From contig OZ245002.1 of the NCBI GenBank assembly GCA_965223415.1, forward strand, positions 1,568,001-1,632,000: a stretch of 64,000 nt of DNA, given 5' to 3'. Source of the stretch: Myxococcota bacterium (GTDB lineage: Bacteria > Myxococcota_A > UBA9160 > UBA6930). The translations under genes were made by a program, and so were the position numbers. The number at the start of each line of letters is the position of its first letter. Position 1 is the first letter of the stretch. Shown in pieces: positions 51,050 to 61,541 of the stretch. The notes beneath the pieces were generated by a model. It had not been told where the DNA came from. It did not search any database and saw nothing but the letters and a program-made list of their open reading frames with translations.

Positions 51050-51928
51050 TCAGCGCTCTCGCGCGCGGGCGCGTTCCAGGATCCGCGGTGCAGCGAGGTC
51101 CGCGCACACGGCCTCGAGCTCGTCGTCCCGGACGCCTCGCCACTCGAGGTCGTCGAGCGACTCCTCGAGCGGCACATCGGTGACGAGCGTCGCGAGCTTC
51201 TTGAACAACATCGCGTCGTCGCGCTCCGCGGCCAGTGTCTCCGCCAGGCGCGCCGCGCCCCGTACCTTCACGTCCCATTCGGCTGCGTCGTCGGGGATCG
51301 ACTCGATGGAGCCGTAGCGATCGAGCAGGAGTGCAGTGCTCTTCTCGCCGAAGCCGCGCAGGCCGGGGATTCCGTCGGCGGCGTCGCCCACCAGCCCGAG
51401 GAAATCGGGGATGGCCGAGGGCGGAACGCCGCGTCGCTCCCGTACGGCCTTCTCATCGATGACCTTGCGACGGATCGTGTCGACCTGCACCACCTGCTGA
51501 CCGCGCACGCTCTGGCCGAGATCCTTGTCGGGGCTCATGATGCGCACCTGCTGGACATCGTCCGCCCAGCGCGCGGCCGCGGTGGCCAGCGCGTCGTCGG
51601 CCTCCCAGCGATCCATGCGCCATACCGTCAACCCGAGCGCATGGGCGGCGAGCTCCACCAGGTCGAACTGGGCCTTGAGCGCCTCTTCCATGCCCTCGCC
51701 CGTCTTGTAGCCATCGAAGAGATCGTTGCGGAAGGACTCGACGGGGTTGTCGAAGGCGGCCGCCAGGTGGGTGGCTCCTTCTTCGGGGCTGTCCAGCAGG
51801 TTCAGCATCGAGCTCATGAAGCCGACGGTGGCCTTGACGTCGCTGCCATCGGCGGCCGTGTGGTCCGGCCTCTTGGAGTAGTGGGCGCGAAACAGCTCGA
51901 AGGTGCCGTCGACGATGTGAAGGCGCAT
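51050..51928 (-). CDS. 5'-3' exonuclease / flap endonuclease
   Basis: IVDGTFELFR, EADD, SPDKD, LVGDAADGIPG..GFGEK H3TH motif. Confidence 0.92.
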   Translation of the reverse strand: MRLHIVDGTFELFRAHYSKRPDHTAADGSDVKATVGFMSSMLNLLDSPEEGATHLAAAFDNPVESFRNDLFDGYKTGEGMEEALKAQFDLVELAAHALGLTVWRMDRWEADDALATAAARWADDVQQVRIMSPDKDLGQSVRGQQVVQVDTIRRKVIDEKAVRERRGVPPSAIPDFLGLVGDAADGIPGLRGFGEKSTALLLDRYGSIESIPDDAAEWDVKVRGAARLAETLAAERDDAMLFKKLATLVTDVPLEESLDDLEWRGVRDDELEAVCADLAAPRILERARARER

Positions 51929-51988
51929 GGCGTGACGAAAGGGTAGCGACCGGCCCGAAGGCACCGCACGCCGCGGTATCGTCCCGTC

Positions 51989-53224
51989 ATGGCTACGTCT
52001 TCGGGCTCGACCTTTGCGGCGCTCGCCGTGCGCGACTTCCGCATCCTGTGGGTCGGGACCTGGCTCTCGTTCACCGCCTTCTTCATGTCGACGGTGGTGA
52101 ACAGCGTCGTGGCCTTCGAGCTCGAAGGTCTCAACACCTCGGTGGGTTGGGTGGTGTTCGCACAAGGGATCACCATGATGACCCTGTCGCCCATCGGCGG
52201 GGCGGTAGCCGATCGTCTGCCCAAGCGACGCGTGGTGGCGCTCGGACTGGTCGTCACGGGCAGCATCTTCTTGACGGTCTCGGCGCTCGTGGCCTTCGAG
52301 CGCATCGCAGTCGTGTTCCTCGCGATGGGCTCACTGGTGATGGGCGCCACCTTCTCGTTTCAGGGACCCGCGCGACAGGCGCTGGTGGTCGACCTGGTAC
52401 CGACGCCGCTACGCCCGAACGCGATCGCGCTCGCGACCGTGGCGAACACGGGGAGCCGCGTCTTCGGGCCGGCGCTGGCGGGCCTGTTCCTCGTTGCGGG
52501 CGGCGCGGGGCCGGGCGTCGCCTACGCGTGGATGGCCGGCCTGTACTTTCTCTCGGCTGCGCTGCTGATCCTCCTCCCGAAGTCCCGCATTCCGGAGAAC
52601 GCCGAGCAGCGCGGTCTCTTCGACGACGTGGCGATCGGGCTGCGTTACGTCGCCCACACCCCGCGCCTGCGGCTCCTGCTCCTGTTCTACACGCTCGTCA
52701 TCATGGCTGGCTTTCCGCACATCACGTTGCTGCCCGGGCTGCTCGAGAATCAGCTCGGACGGGAGGCCTCGGAGGTGAGCCTGCTCTTCGCATCATCCGC
52801 AGTGAGCGCGCTGGCATCGAGCCTCGTCGCTGCGCGCCTCGCGGATTCCCGCCGAGGACTTACGTACTTCGCGGGCTCGGGCCTGCTGTTCGCGCTGTCC
52901 GTGCTCGGCCTGGGAGCGGTGCCCAGCTTCGCTTGGGCGTTCGTGGCGATGTTCGCGGTAGGGCTCGGGAGCGGCGCCTTTCAGACGCTGGGCTCCGCCG
53001 TGGCGGTGCAGGAGGCAGAGCCCCAGTACGTGGGCCGGGTGCTCTCGCTCACCATGTTGGCGTTTGCGGGCTTCGGGCTGGTGGGGCTGCCGGTGGGCTT
53101 GATCGCGGATCACGTGGGCGAGCGGGAGACGATGATCGGAATGGGGCTCGTGGTGCTCGGCCTGATCGGCATGCTGGCGGTGGGGTCGACTCGGGTACCG
53201 GCACGGGCGCCGCGGAGCTCCTGA
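51989..53224 (+). CDS. MFS transporter (EntS/MFS_3-like)
   Basis: FAALAVRDFRILW, GGAVADRLPKR, PARQA, about 12 TM segments. Confidence 0.88.
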   Translation: MATSSGSTFAALAVRDFRILWVGTWLSFTAFFMSTVVNSVVAFELEGLNTSVGWVVFAQGITMMTLSPIGGAVADRLPKRRVVALGLVVTGSIFLTVSALVAFERIAVVFLAMGSLVMGATFSFQGPARQALVVDLVPTPLRPNAIALATVANTGSRVFGPALAGLFLVAGGAGPGVAYAWMAGLYFLSAALLILLPKSRIPENAEQRGLFDDVAIGLRYVAHTPRLRLLLLFYTLVIMAGFPHITLLPGLLENQLGREASEVSLLFASSAVSALASSLVAARLADSRRGLTYFAGSGLLFALSVLGLGAVPSFAWAFVAMFAVGLGSGAFQTLGSAVAVQEAEPQYVGRVLSLTMLAFAGFGLVGLPVGLIADHVGERETMIGMGLVVLGLIGMLAVGSTRVPARAPRSS

Positions 53225-53356
53225 CGCGGCGGAGAGGACCGATGCTCCGGTGGAATCACGGGACTTCCGTCCCGTTCTCCAGCTACGTCGAGTGCGAGAT
53301 CGAGATCCTCGCCGATTCACGAGTGCCGAGGGGGACATGTGATTGTCGTGCGGGCT

Positions 53357-54109
53357 TCAGTCCAGGTGTTGCCTCAGCGCGGCCAGCACCACCTCCGGCC
53401 CCGAGCGCCGCTGGTAGTTCTCCGACTGGTCCATCCACAGGACCTTGCCCTCGGCATCGACGAGGAGCGAGGTCGGGACCGGCAGCGCTTCCGCGTCGTC
53501 GCCCGGCGGCGCCGAGTGCGCCAGCAGGTTTCGCAGCCCGAAGGCGTCGGTGACGACCAGGTCCGGGTCCGAGATCATGACGGCCTGCAGGCCGTGGGCA
53601 CCGCGGCCCTCGCGGATCTCCTCCGGATGGTCGGTGCTGACGGTGAGCACCTGCACGTTCCGCTTGTCGAACTCGGGCCGGAGCTCTTCCCATCGCCGCA
53701 ACTCGGCGACACAGTAGGGTCACCAGTGGGCGCGGAAGAACTTGATCAGGACGGGCTTTCCGCGCAGGTCCGCCGAGTCGAAGATTTCGCCGCGATCGTC
53801 CGGGCCCGTGAAGTGCGGAAGCGTATCGCCGACCTGGATCGAGCCGGCGGCGACTTCCTGCGCACTGATCGCGACCGTGAACGGGAGGAAGCCTCCGATC
53901 ACCATGGCGCCGACGCCCGCGATCGCGCCGTACCAGTTTACGCCCCGGAAGAACGAGAACAGGCCGAGCAGCGCTGCCGACACCCACGTGACGACGAACA
54001 GCGTCCGGTTCACGGGGAGGTCGACGGCGCGGGCCTGGGAGAACCACAGGACGGTACAGCCAAACGCCAGGACGAGAGCTCCGAGTGCGATCTTGCTTCC
54101 GGTCTTCAT
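53357..54109 (-). CDS. Membrane-anchored peroxiredoxin-like (AhpC/TSA) selenoprotein, Sec at TGA 53720-53722
   Basis: Three N-terminal hydrophobic segments, IQVGDTLPHF, GKPVLIKFFRAHW-TGA-PYCVAELRRW, in frame with the 53357..53701 ORF (VSTD, SDPDL, PTSLLVD.EGKV). Confidence 0.9.
53692..53710 (-). promoter_or_regulatory. Bacterial SECIS-like hairpin
   Basis: (G)TCGCCG-AGTTG-CGGCGA(T): loop begins 16 nt after UGA, G at loop position 2. Confidence 0.75.
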
Positions 54110-54134
54110 GCAAACCCTCCGAGGGTCGGATACT

Positions 54135-56453
54135 CTAGCTGGACTCCGCCGCCCCGGCAGCGCGGAGCGCGTCGACCGTTCCATCGATGGTGAGGAGCTC
54201 GGGCAGGAGGACGGCTTCCGCGCCCGGGTCGGCCGGGTAGACGAGGTACATCGGCACGCCCGCGCGCCCCCAGGCGGCCAGGGCCTGACCGATCTCCTCG
54301 TCGGGAAGGGTGAAGTCGGCCGTGAAGGTGGCGAAGTTCCAGGTCTCGAGCTCGGCTTGGACCGCGTCGCTGGCCAGGACCGCCGTCTCGTTCACCTGGC
54401 ACGTGATGCACCAGTCGGCCGTGAAGTCGACGAAGACCGGCCGGCCGGCGGCGCGCTCCCGGCCGATGGCCGCCGCGTCGTAGACCTCCCAGGCGTCGAC
54501 GCCCTCCGGCCCGGCGACCGCCCCGGTCGGCGTCGCCGGAGCCGGGTCGAGCGGGAGGAAGGCGAGGGCGCCTGCCACGATGAAGGCGGTGCCGACGGCG
54601 ACCGCGCGCGCGGGTCCCACGCGTCCCGTGGCCTGGAGGCTTCCGAAGATCCAGAGCAGGAACGCGATGCCCACGAGGGCGGCCAGCAGGAGCGCCACGG
54701 CGTCCACGCCGACCGTGCGTCCCATCAGCCAGAGCAGCCAGACGACGGTGGCCAGCAGGGCGAAACCGAGGCCCGCCCGCACGCGCAACATCCAGGCGCC
54801 CGGCCGGGGAATGAAGCGGGCCCAGCCGGGGACGAGAGTGACGAGGACGAAAGGCAGAGCCAGGCCGACCCCGATCGCGGCGAAGATCGTGAAGATGACG
54901 GCGGGCGGGCTCGCGAAGGCGAAGCCGACGGCGGTTCCGAGGAAGGGCGCCGTGCACGGGGTGGCGACGGCGACGGCGAGCGCGCCCTCGAAGAAGCTCC
55001 GCCGGCGAGCGGGCGCGGCTTCCGGTGCCGCGACACCGGGCCCCGCCGCCTGCCAGGTCACTTCGAAGACGCCGAAGAGGTTCAGGGCGAAGACGACCAG
55101 CAACGTTCCGATGGCCGCCACGAAGACGGGCTCCTGGAACTGGAAGCCCCAGCCGACCGAGGCGCCCGCCGCGCGCAGTGCCACGACGCCGGCGGCGAGC
55201 GCCAGCATGGAACCCAGGACACCACCCAGGTACGCGAGGCCGTGCTGGACGACGCGTCCGCGCCCCTCGTGGGCGAGCTCGGCGACGGCGAAGACCTTGA
55301 GCGCGAGGACGGGCAGCACGCACGGCATCAGGTTCAGGATGAGCCCGCCGAGCAATGCGAGGAGGAGGGCACGGACGATCGGGAGGCCGCCTCCAGTCGC
55401 AGTGGTGGCGGCGGTCGGATGGCCGTCGTCTCCCGCGGCCGACACCAGCGGGTCGACGATGGCGAAGTCGTCGACGTTGGCGGGCGTGATCGCGGCCCCT
55501 GGCGGCGCGAAGACGAGGGGAAGGTCGACGGCCAAATGAGCGACCTGTCCCTCCCGGGCGAGGGGCAGGACGCCACGGAGCCGAGCGACGCCATCCTGGG
55601 CGTCCTGGGCGAAGCGGCCCGAGAGCACCACCGAGAACCCGGAGCCGTCCGTGGACGGCGCGGGCCCGAGGCCCAGTGGCGCGAACCGGGCTCCCTTCGC
55701 CGGATCCGGAACGAAGGCCGCTTCGACGCGATCGGGCGAGAGCTTCCAGGGCTGGCAGTCCGCGGTCTCGGCCTCGCAGGAGGTGACGTCGAGCGCGACC
55801 TGGAACGCATCCCCGGGACGCACGGGCGTATGGGACGTCCGCGCCTCGGCCCGGATGCCGAGCGCCTCGGGCGGCTGCGGGACCCGCGCGGCCGCGAGCG
55901 CAAAGCGATGGCGCACCGACGAGGGCGGTGGTGCAGCGCCGGCCACGACGGGCACGCTCCGCATCAGCCGGATGCCGCCCTTGATGCACTGCACCTTGCA
56001 GGCGACGAACCTCGTCTCGACCTCGAGCCGCCAGGTGTCCCGGGCCGTCGGCGCGACCACGGCGTCGCTCGCCAGGAGCACGTCGCCGTCGTACCCGTAG
56101 GTGGTGAGGACGTCGGCCTCGCGATAGGCGCGCGGCGCCGGCCAGTGCGTCGGGCCGATCTCAGCGTTCGGGCTCTGCCAGTCGAGCTCGGTCGCGGCGC
56201 CCGAATCCCCGGGATGACGCCAGTAGATGTGCCAGCCCGGGGCCATGGTGAACAGCACCCCGACGCGGACGGTCTCGCCGGGCCGGACGCCGGCGGCATC
56301 GACGAGGAGCTCGGCGGCAACGCGCGCCTCGCCCTGGTCGGTCGCGCCCTCACCTCGGGCCTCCGCGGCGCCCCAGGCCGGGTGGGCGCTCGTCAGCAGG
56401 AACGCGAGCACGAGTGCGGCGCGCCAAATCCCCGCGTGGGTTGCGCTCGGCAT
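54135..56453 (-). CDS. dsbD: Thiol:disulfide interchange protein DsbD (ScsB-like)
   Basis: GWHIYWRHPGDSG and ACKVQC N-domain, NLMPCVLP and ATPCTAP TM cysteines, FTADWCITC thioredoxin domain. Confidence 0.92.
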   Translation of the reverse strand: MPSATHAGIWRAALVLAFLLTSAHPAWGAAEARGEGATDQGEARVAAELLVDAAGVRPGETVRVGVLFTMAPGWHIYWRHPGDSGAATELDWQSPNAEIGPTHWPAPRAYREADVLTTYGYDGDVLLASDAVVAPTARDTWRLEVETRFVACKVQCIKGGIRLMRSVPVVAGAAPPPSSVRHRFALAAARVPQPPEALGIRAEARTSHTPVRPGDAFQVALDVTSCEAETADCQPWKLSPDRVEAAFVPDPAKGARFAPLGLGPAPSTDGSGFSVVLSGRFAQDAQDGVARLRGVLPLAREGQVAHLAVDLPLVFAPPGAAITPANVDDFAIVDPLVSAAGDDGHPTAATTATGGGLPIVRALLLALLGGLILNLMPCVLPVLALKVFAVAELAHEGRGRVVQHGLAYLGGVLGSMLALAAGVVALRAAGASVGWGFQFQEPVFVAAIGTLLVVFALNLFGVFEVTWQAAGPGVAAPEAAPARRRSFFEGALAVAVATPCTAPFLGTAVGFAFASPPAVIFTIFAAIGVGLALPFVLVTLVPGWARFIPRPGAWMLRVRAGLGFALLATVVWLLWLMGRTVGVDAVALLLAALVGIAFLLWIFGSLQATGRVGPARAVAVGTAFIVAGALAFLPLDPAPATPTGAVAGPEGVDAWEVYDAAAIGRERAAGRPVFVDFTADWCITCQVNETAVLASDAVQAELETWNFATFTADFTLPDEEIGQALAAWGRAGVPMYLVYPADPGAEAVLLPELLTIDGTVDALRAAGAAESS

Positions 56454-56762
56454 GGCATGAACCCTTCCTTCGGGCGATTCCTGTGACCCGGGGGCGCATC
56501 CGGCTCGGGAGAGCTTGTTGTCGGCATATGCTATGCCATTAGTGAGGGATGGCAAGGCTGACCGTCACCGTTGCGCCGAAGAAGGCGGGGCCGGGACTTC
56601 GTCGGTGCCGTCGAGCGACCCGAGTCACGCGGCCTGGGAAGCGGCTTCGGCCAGCCGAGCGCGCCGGACCTCGAGTCCCGATTCGGGGACTCCGCGGTGA
56701 CCCGATCCCGCGCGGCTAGTCCGACAGACCCGGCCCAACTCGTCCTGCGCACCAGAACTCGA

Positions 56763-58559
56763 TCAGATGCTCGCCCGCCGATGGAGCCGTGCATACGCGC
56801 CCTCGGCCGCGAGCAGTTCGTCGTGCGTGCCTTCCTCGGCGATGCCCTCGTCGGCTAGCACGATAATCCGCTTCGCGTGCCTCACCGTCGAGAGCCGATG
56901 CGCGATGACCAGGGTCGTGCGTTCGCGCGCGAGCTGCAGCAGGGACTCGTGGACGGCCTCCTCGCTCTCGCTGTCCAATGCGCTTGTAGCCTCGTCGAAG
57001 ATCAGGACGGGCGGATCCTTCAGGAAGACACGGGCGATGCTCAAGCGCTGCTTCTGTCCGCCCGAGAGCTTGACCCCCCGCTCACCGATGTCGGTGTCGT
57101 AGCCGCGTGGCAAGGCCGTGATGAACTCGTGGGCGTGCGCGCGCATGGCGGCTTCCACGATCTCGTCCCGTCCGGCGTCGGGACGGCCGTAGCCGAGATT
57201 CTCGGCGACGGTGCCCGCGAACAGGTAGACGTCCTGCTGGACCACCCCGATGCTGCGGCGCAACGCTTCGAGGCGGATGCGGCGGACGTCGATGGCGTCG
57301 AGCAGCACTGCGCCTTCGGTCACTTCGTAGAAACGCGGGATCAGCGAACACAGCGTCGTCTTGCCGGCGCCCGACGGCCCCACGAGGGCCACGAACTCCC
57401 CGGGCTCGATCTCGAGCGTCAGATTCCGGACGACCCAGGCCGTGCCATCGGAGTAGCGGAAGCTCGCGTTGTGGAAGCCGATGCGCCCCCGGACCCGGGA
57501 CGGCACGATCGCGTCCGGATGATCGGACAGGTCGGGCTCGACCTCGAGCATCTCCATGAAGCGATCGAAGCCCGTGATCCCTTCCTGAAACGAGCGCGCG
57601 AAGTTCGCGAACCGCTTGATCGGATCGACGAGGACCGCCACGCAGAGCAGAAAGGTGACCAGGTCGGCCAGGTCGAGCGAGTCGTGTGCGATGGCTACGG
57701 CGCCGAGAACGATCACCGCGATCGTAATGAGCTGCGCGAAGGCCTCCATGCCGCCGGAGAACCACGCCTCACTGCGATACCCGTCGCTACGACTCGCGAG
57801 GAAGCGCTCGTTGTCGTACGCGAAGCGCGAGCTCTCGAGCTCTTCGTTCGTGAAGGACTTCGCGACGCGGATGCCGGCGAGCGAGTCCTCGATCCGCTCG
57901 TTGATGTCGCCGATGCGGTCCTTCGTGCGGCGTAGTGCCCGATTCATGCGGCGGTTGAAGTACAGCGCGTAGGGAAGCATGGCGGCCAGGATGGCCGCCA
58001 CGACGAGCGTCAACCCCACGTCGATCCATGCCAGGATGGCCATCACCCCAGACAGCTTGAAGAACGCGATCGCGAGGTCTTCCGGTCCGTGGTGGTAGAG
58101 CTCGGCAAGCGAGAGCGGGTCATTCGTGATTCGGGTCATGAGCTGACCCGTGCGCTGCTGGTCGTAGAAGCGAAACGAGAGCTTCTGGTAGTGCTCGAAG
58201 AGCTCGCGGCGCATGTCGCGCTCCATCCTCGCGCCCATCACGTGGCCCCGGCAGTCCACGAACCAGCTGCACAGCGCCTGGATCGCGACGAGCGCAAGCA
58301 TGACTCCGCCCAGGAGCCAGATCTCGCTGAGCAGCTCGGACGCAGGCTCTCCGCTCAGCAGCCGCTTGGTCACGTGGTTGGCACAGAGCGGCAGCAACAA
58401 CGCGGCAGCCGCCACGACGAACGCACAAGCGAGATCGGCGGCCAGCAGACTGCGGTAGGGCCGGTAGTAGGAGAGGAACTTCTTGAGCCGCGAGCCTGCG
58501 GCTAGGGTCGGGCTACCGGCGGCTGCATGTACCGGGGCCTCGAGAGTTTGAGACTGCAT
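56763..58559 (-). CDS. ABC transporter, fused permease/ATPase (MsbA-like exporter)
   Basis: TM domain followed by GPSGAGKTT, LSGGQKQR, FDEATSALD, IAHRLST. Confidence 0.95.
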   Translation of the reverse strand: MQSQTLEAPVHAAAGSPTLAAGSRLKKFLSYYRPYRSLLAADLACAFVVAAAALLLPLCANHVTKRLLSGEPASELLSEIWLLGGVMLALVAIQALCSWFVDCRGHVMGARMERDMRRELFEHYQKLSFRFYDQQRTGQLMTRITNDPLSLAELYHHGPEDLAIAFFKLSGVMAILAWIDVGLTLVVAAILAAMLPYALYFNRRMNRALRRTKDRIGDINERIEDSLAGIRVAKSFTNEELESSRFAYDNERFLASRSDGYRSEAWFSGGMEAFAQLITIAVIVLGAVAIAHDSLDLADLVTFLLCVAVLVDPIKRFANFARSFQEGITGFDRFMEMLEVEPDLSDHPDAIVPSRVRGRIGFHNASFRYSDGTAWVVRNLTLEIEPGEFVALVGPSGAGKTTLCSLIPRFYEVTEGAVLLDAIDVRRIRLEALRRSIGVVQQDVYLFAGTVAENLGYGRPDAGRDEIVEAAMRAHAHEFITALPRGYDTDIGERGVKLSGGQKQRLSIARVFLKDPPVLIFDEATSALDSESEEAVHESLLQLARERTTLVIAHRLSTVRHAKRIIVLADEGIAEEGTHDELLAAEGAYARLHRRASI

Positions 58560-58916
58560 GGAACGTCATGTCCTCGTGATCGGTGCACGAATCCCGGGCT
58601 CTCTGGCTGGACATCGACGTTGTCATTGTGCTCTCCCTCGGGGATCCGATGGCGTTCGGATGGTAGGTCCGCGCCCGATCCAGCGTCAACTTCGAGGCGC
58701 CTGCGATCCTGGGCACCGCTCTGGGGCGCCCCCGACGCACCGTACCCGACGAAGAATGCGTGGTAGACCAGCGCGAGAACGAGGCGGCGAAGCGGGAACG
58801 GAGTCGCGCGGTGGCCCAGGCATGCCCCCCGGCCTTCTCGCTGGCATACTGGGCGCCGAGATCCTCGCGGATGCACCCTCGAGCGCCCCCCACTCCGCGA
58901 GACGAAGGAGGACGCC

Positions 58917-60413
58917 ATGACCGAGCCCGCCCGGAGAAGAAGGACGGGGCAGCTCGCCCTCGCTGCGTGGCTCGCCGCCTGCCCGCTCGCCTTCGTGGGG
59001 CTGGGCGGTTTCCTTGGGGAATCCCTCGAGGGGGTGGACCGGGCGATGATCCCGAAGCTCCTGCCCGCGCTGGCCGTCCTCGCGGTGCTCGTCGCGGGGG
59101 TGATCACGGTTCAGTGGGCCCGCCAACTCGGGCCGCCGGCAGGCGCCGAGAAGCCTACAGGCCTGGAGCGCCGCCGCCTCCTGGCCGGCTCGGCCGCCCT
59201 GGCAGGCGGTGCGATCGGCGTCGTCGCCTCCGTCCTCGCGCGGCTCTTCGGCTGGATGACGGTGACCGGGCCCAACATCGGCCCCGCCGTCGAGCAGACC
59301 GCCCCGAACCGCCGGACGGAATGGGAGGGTTCGCGGATCCAGCGCTATCGGCGGCTCGGGCGGACGGACACCCGGGTCTCGGACATCGCGTTGGGCACGA
59401 CCCAGCTCTTCCGCAACGCCGACCCGGTCTCGGTCATGCGTTCGGCGCTCGACCGCGGCGTCAACTACATCGACACCTCGCCCGACTACGCCGGCTCCGA
59501 GGCCGAGAAAGCCATCGGCGAGGCGATCCGCGGCCGCCGGGACGGGCTCTTCCTGGCGACCAAGTGGTGCACGACCGAGGGGCACGTGCGCCAGGGCGCC
59601 CCCGTCGCGACCTACGTGGAGAGCATCGAGGGGAGCCTGCGGCGGCTCGGCACCGACCACGTGGACCTCGTCCACGTGCACTCCTGCGACTCGGTCGAGC
59701 GGCTGCTCGACCCGAACCTCCACGAGGCCTTCGACCGGCTGAAGCAGCAGGGCAAGGTGCGTTTCATGGGCGTGTCGACCCATACGCCCAACCTCGAGGA
59801 GGTGGCGAACGCGGCCCTCGAGAGCGACCGCTTCGACGTGATGATGCTCGCCTACCATCACGGTGCCTGGCCCCGGCTCGCCGACATCGTCGATCGCGCG
59901 CACGCCCAGGACGTGGGCCTCGTGGCCATGAAGACGCTGAAGGGCGCCAAGCACCAGGGCCTCGCGGAGATGCGGCCCGAGGCGGACGCCTACAGTCAGG
60001 CCGCCTTCAAGTGGGTACTCGCGAACCCGAGCGTCTCCTGCCTCGTCGTGTCCTTCTTCGAGCACCAGCACGTGGACGAGTACCTCTACGCCTCGGGCGC
60101 CGCGCTCACCCCCGCCGACACCGCTGTGCTCGAGAAGTACGACCGGCTGATCGCCGGAACGCACTGCTTCCAGCACTGCGGCGCGTGCCTGGACGCCTGC
60201 CCGGAAGGGCTCGCCATCCACGACGTCCTGCGTCACCGCATGTACTTCGAGGACTACGGCGACCAGAAGCAGGCCATGCAGCTCTACGCGAAGCTCTCGC
60301 CCCAGGCCGACGTCTGCACGGGCTGTGCGGCCCCTTGCGCGAGCACCTGCCCCCACGGCGTGCCGATCGCGGAGCGAACGGCCGGGGCCCACGAGCTGCT
60401 CACGCTCGCCTGA
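58917..60413 (+). CDS. Aldo/keto reductase with C-terminal Fe-S dicluster and N-terminal membrane segments
   Basis: YRRLGRT, GVNYIDTSPDY, LATK, SLRRLGTDHVDL, CFQHCGACLDACP and CTGCAAPCASTCP. AAGGAGG RBS. Confidence 0.9.
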   Translation: MTEPARRRRTGQLALAAWLAACPLAFVGLGGFLGESLEGVDRAMIPKLLPALAVLAVLVAGVITVQWARQLGPPAGAEKPTGLERRRLLAGSAALAGGAIGVVASVLARLFGWMTVTGPNIGPAVEQTAPNRRTEWEGSRIQRYRRLGRTDTRVSDIALGTTQLFRNADPVSVMRSALDRGVNYIDTSPDYAGSEAEKAIGEAIRGRRDGLFLATKWCTTEGHVRQGAPVATYVESIEGSLRRLGTDHVDLVHVHSCDSVERLLDPNLHEAFDRLKQQGKVRFMGVSTHTPNLEEVANAALESDRFDVMMLAYHHGAWPRLADIVDRAHAQDVGLVAMKTLKGAKHQGLAEMRPEADAYSQAAFKWVLANPSVSCLVVSFFEHQHVDEYLYASGAALTPADTAVLEKYDRLIAGTHCFQHCGACLDACPEGLAIHDVLRHRMYFEDYGDQKQAMQLYAKLSPQADVCTGCAAPCASTCPHGVPIAERTAGAHELLTLA

Positions 60414-60477
60414 CACAGGCCCGCCGACCGTCCCGGAATCCCGGCGCCCGATCGGGTTGGATTGCCTGGTCCGGATG

Positions 60478-61197
60478 CTAGGCCAGGATCAGCCGCTTGC
60501 AGGAGGGGCATGGCGTCCAGGAGCCCGGGCCCTCGGCCTTGATGCGGCTCACCTCCACCACGGGCAGCACCACGCGACAGGTGCCGCAGGTGTTCTCGAC
60601 GAGGTGGCTCATCACCAAGCCGCCCAGCCGTGCGAGACCTCGCTGCTTCTCGTAGTCCTTCAGCAAGGCGTCGCCGACTTCTGGCGTGACCAGCTTGCGG
60701 GCGTCGGCGAGACGCGCGAGCTCGCCGTCGATGCGCCCCTCTTGGGTCGCGATCTCGGCCCGCAGGGCCTCGCAGTCGCCCTCGAGTCCGGCGCGCAGCG
60801 CGTCGATCTCGGCCATCTCGGCTTCGTGCTGCTCGCCGCATTCCATGATCTCGAGCTCGCGCTCCTCCCTCTCGGCCTGGCGCGTCCTCCAGGAGGCGGA
60901 CTCGGCCTGCAGGGCCTCGAGGTCCTTCGCCGCGGTGACGCGACCGGAGTAGAGATCGTCTTCGAGCGCCTTGGCGCGGGCCGCCAGGTCCGCGACCTCC
61001 GCCGCGACCGTGCTCTCTTCCTGCGTCAGCGCCGCGCGTCGGGCCTCGGCCTCGGCGCGGCGGAGGAGGAGTGCCCGGTCTTCGTCGCCCCTGGCCTCGA
61101 GGCGGGCCCGTTCGGGGAGCCCTGCGCGTTCGTCCCGCAGCCGATCCGCCTCCGAGTCGAGGCCCTGGAGCGTGAGCACCGGATGGAGCGTGGGCAT
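60478..61197 (-). CDS. Coiled-coil protein with C4 zinc ribbon (CT398/DUF164-like)
   Basis: LQGLD start, long coiled coil, CGTCRV...CPSCKRLI. Confidence 0.88.
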   Translation of the reverse strand: MPTLHPVLTLQGLDSEADRLRDERAGLPERARLEARGDEDRALLLRRAEAEARRAALTQEESTVAAEVADLAARAKALEDDLYSGRVTAAKDLEALQAESASWRTRQAEREERELEIMECGEQHEAEMAEIDALRAGLEGDCEALRAEIATQEGRIDGELARLADARKLVTPEVGDALLKDYEKQRGLARLGGLVMSHLVENTCGTCRVVLPVVEVSRIKAEGPGSWTPCPSCKRLILA

Positions 61198-61221
61198 GGC
61201 GGGGAGCGTAGGCCAGGGGTG

Positions 61222-61256
61222 GGGAGAGGCGGAGCCCGGAGGCTGCCGCCTCTCCC
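61222..61256 (-). terminator. Stable hairpin 3' of the RRM gene (terminator or stabiliser)
   Basis: GGGAGAGGCGG...CCGCCTCTCCC 11-bp stem. No U-tract. Confidence 0.45.
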
Positions 61257-61262
61257 TGGGAG

Positions 61263-61541
61263 CTAGCGGTTGTAGCCACCGCCGCCGCCACCGCGGCGGT
61301 CCTGGGCTTCGTTCACGCGCAGGGGACGACCCCCCATGTCGCTGCCGTCGAGGGCGCGGATCGCGTCGTTCGCGGCGCTCTCCTCGCTCATCTCGACGAA
61401 CGCGAAGCCGCGTGCCCGCCCCGTCTCGCGGTCGGTGATGACCGCGACGGAGTCGATGCTCCCGTGACGACCGAACAGGTCGCGAAGCTCCTGCTCGGTG
61501 GCGGAGAAGGGAAGGTTGCCGACGTAGATCTTCTTGCTCAA
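61263..61541 (-). CDS. RNA-recognition-motif (RRM) RNA-binding protein
   Basis: IYVGNL (RNP2), RGFAFVEM (RNP1), Gly-rich tail. TTG start after GAGGA. Confidence 0.93.
   Translation of the reverse strand: MSKKIYVGNLPFSATEQELRDLFGRHGSIDSVAVITDRETGRARGFAFVEMSEESAANDAIRALDGSDMGGRPLRVNEAQDRRGGGGGGYNR

Noticed and set aside
58513..58626. Small upstream ORF with an RBS overlapping the ABC exporter start (leader peptide or RiPP precursor)
   Set aside because: No recognisable motif and no modifying enzymes nearby. It could equally be an N-terminal frameshift or chance.
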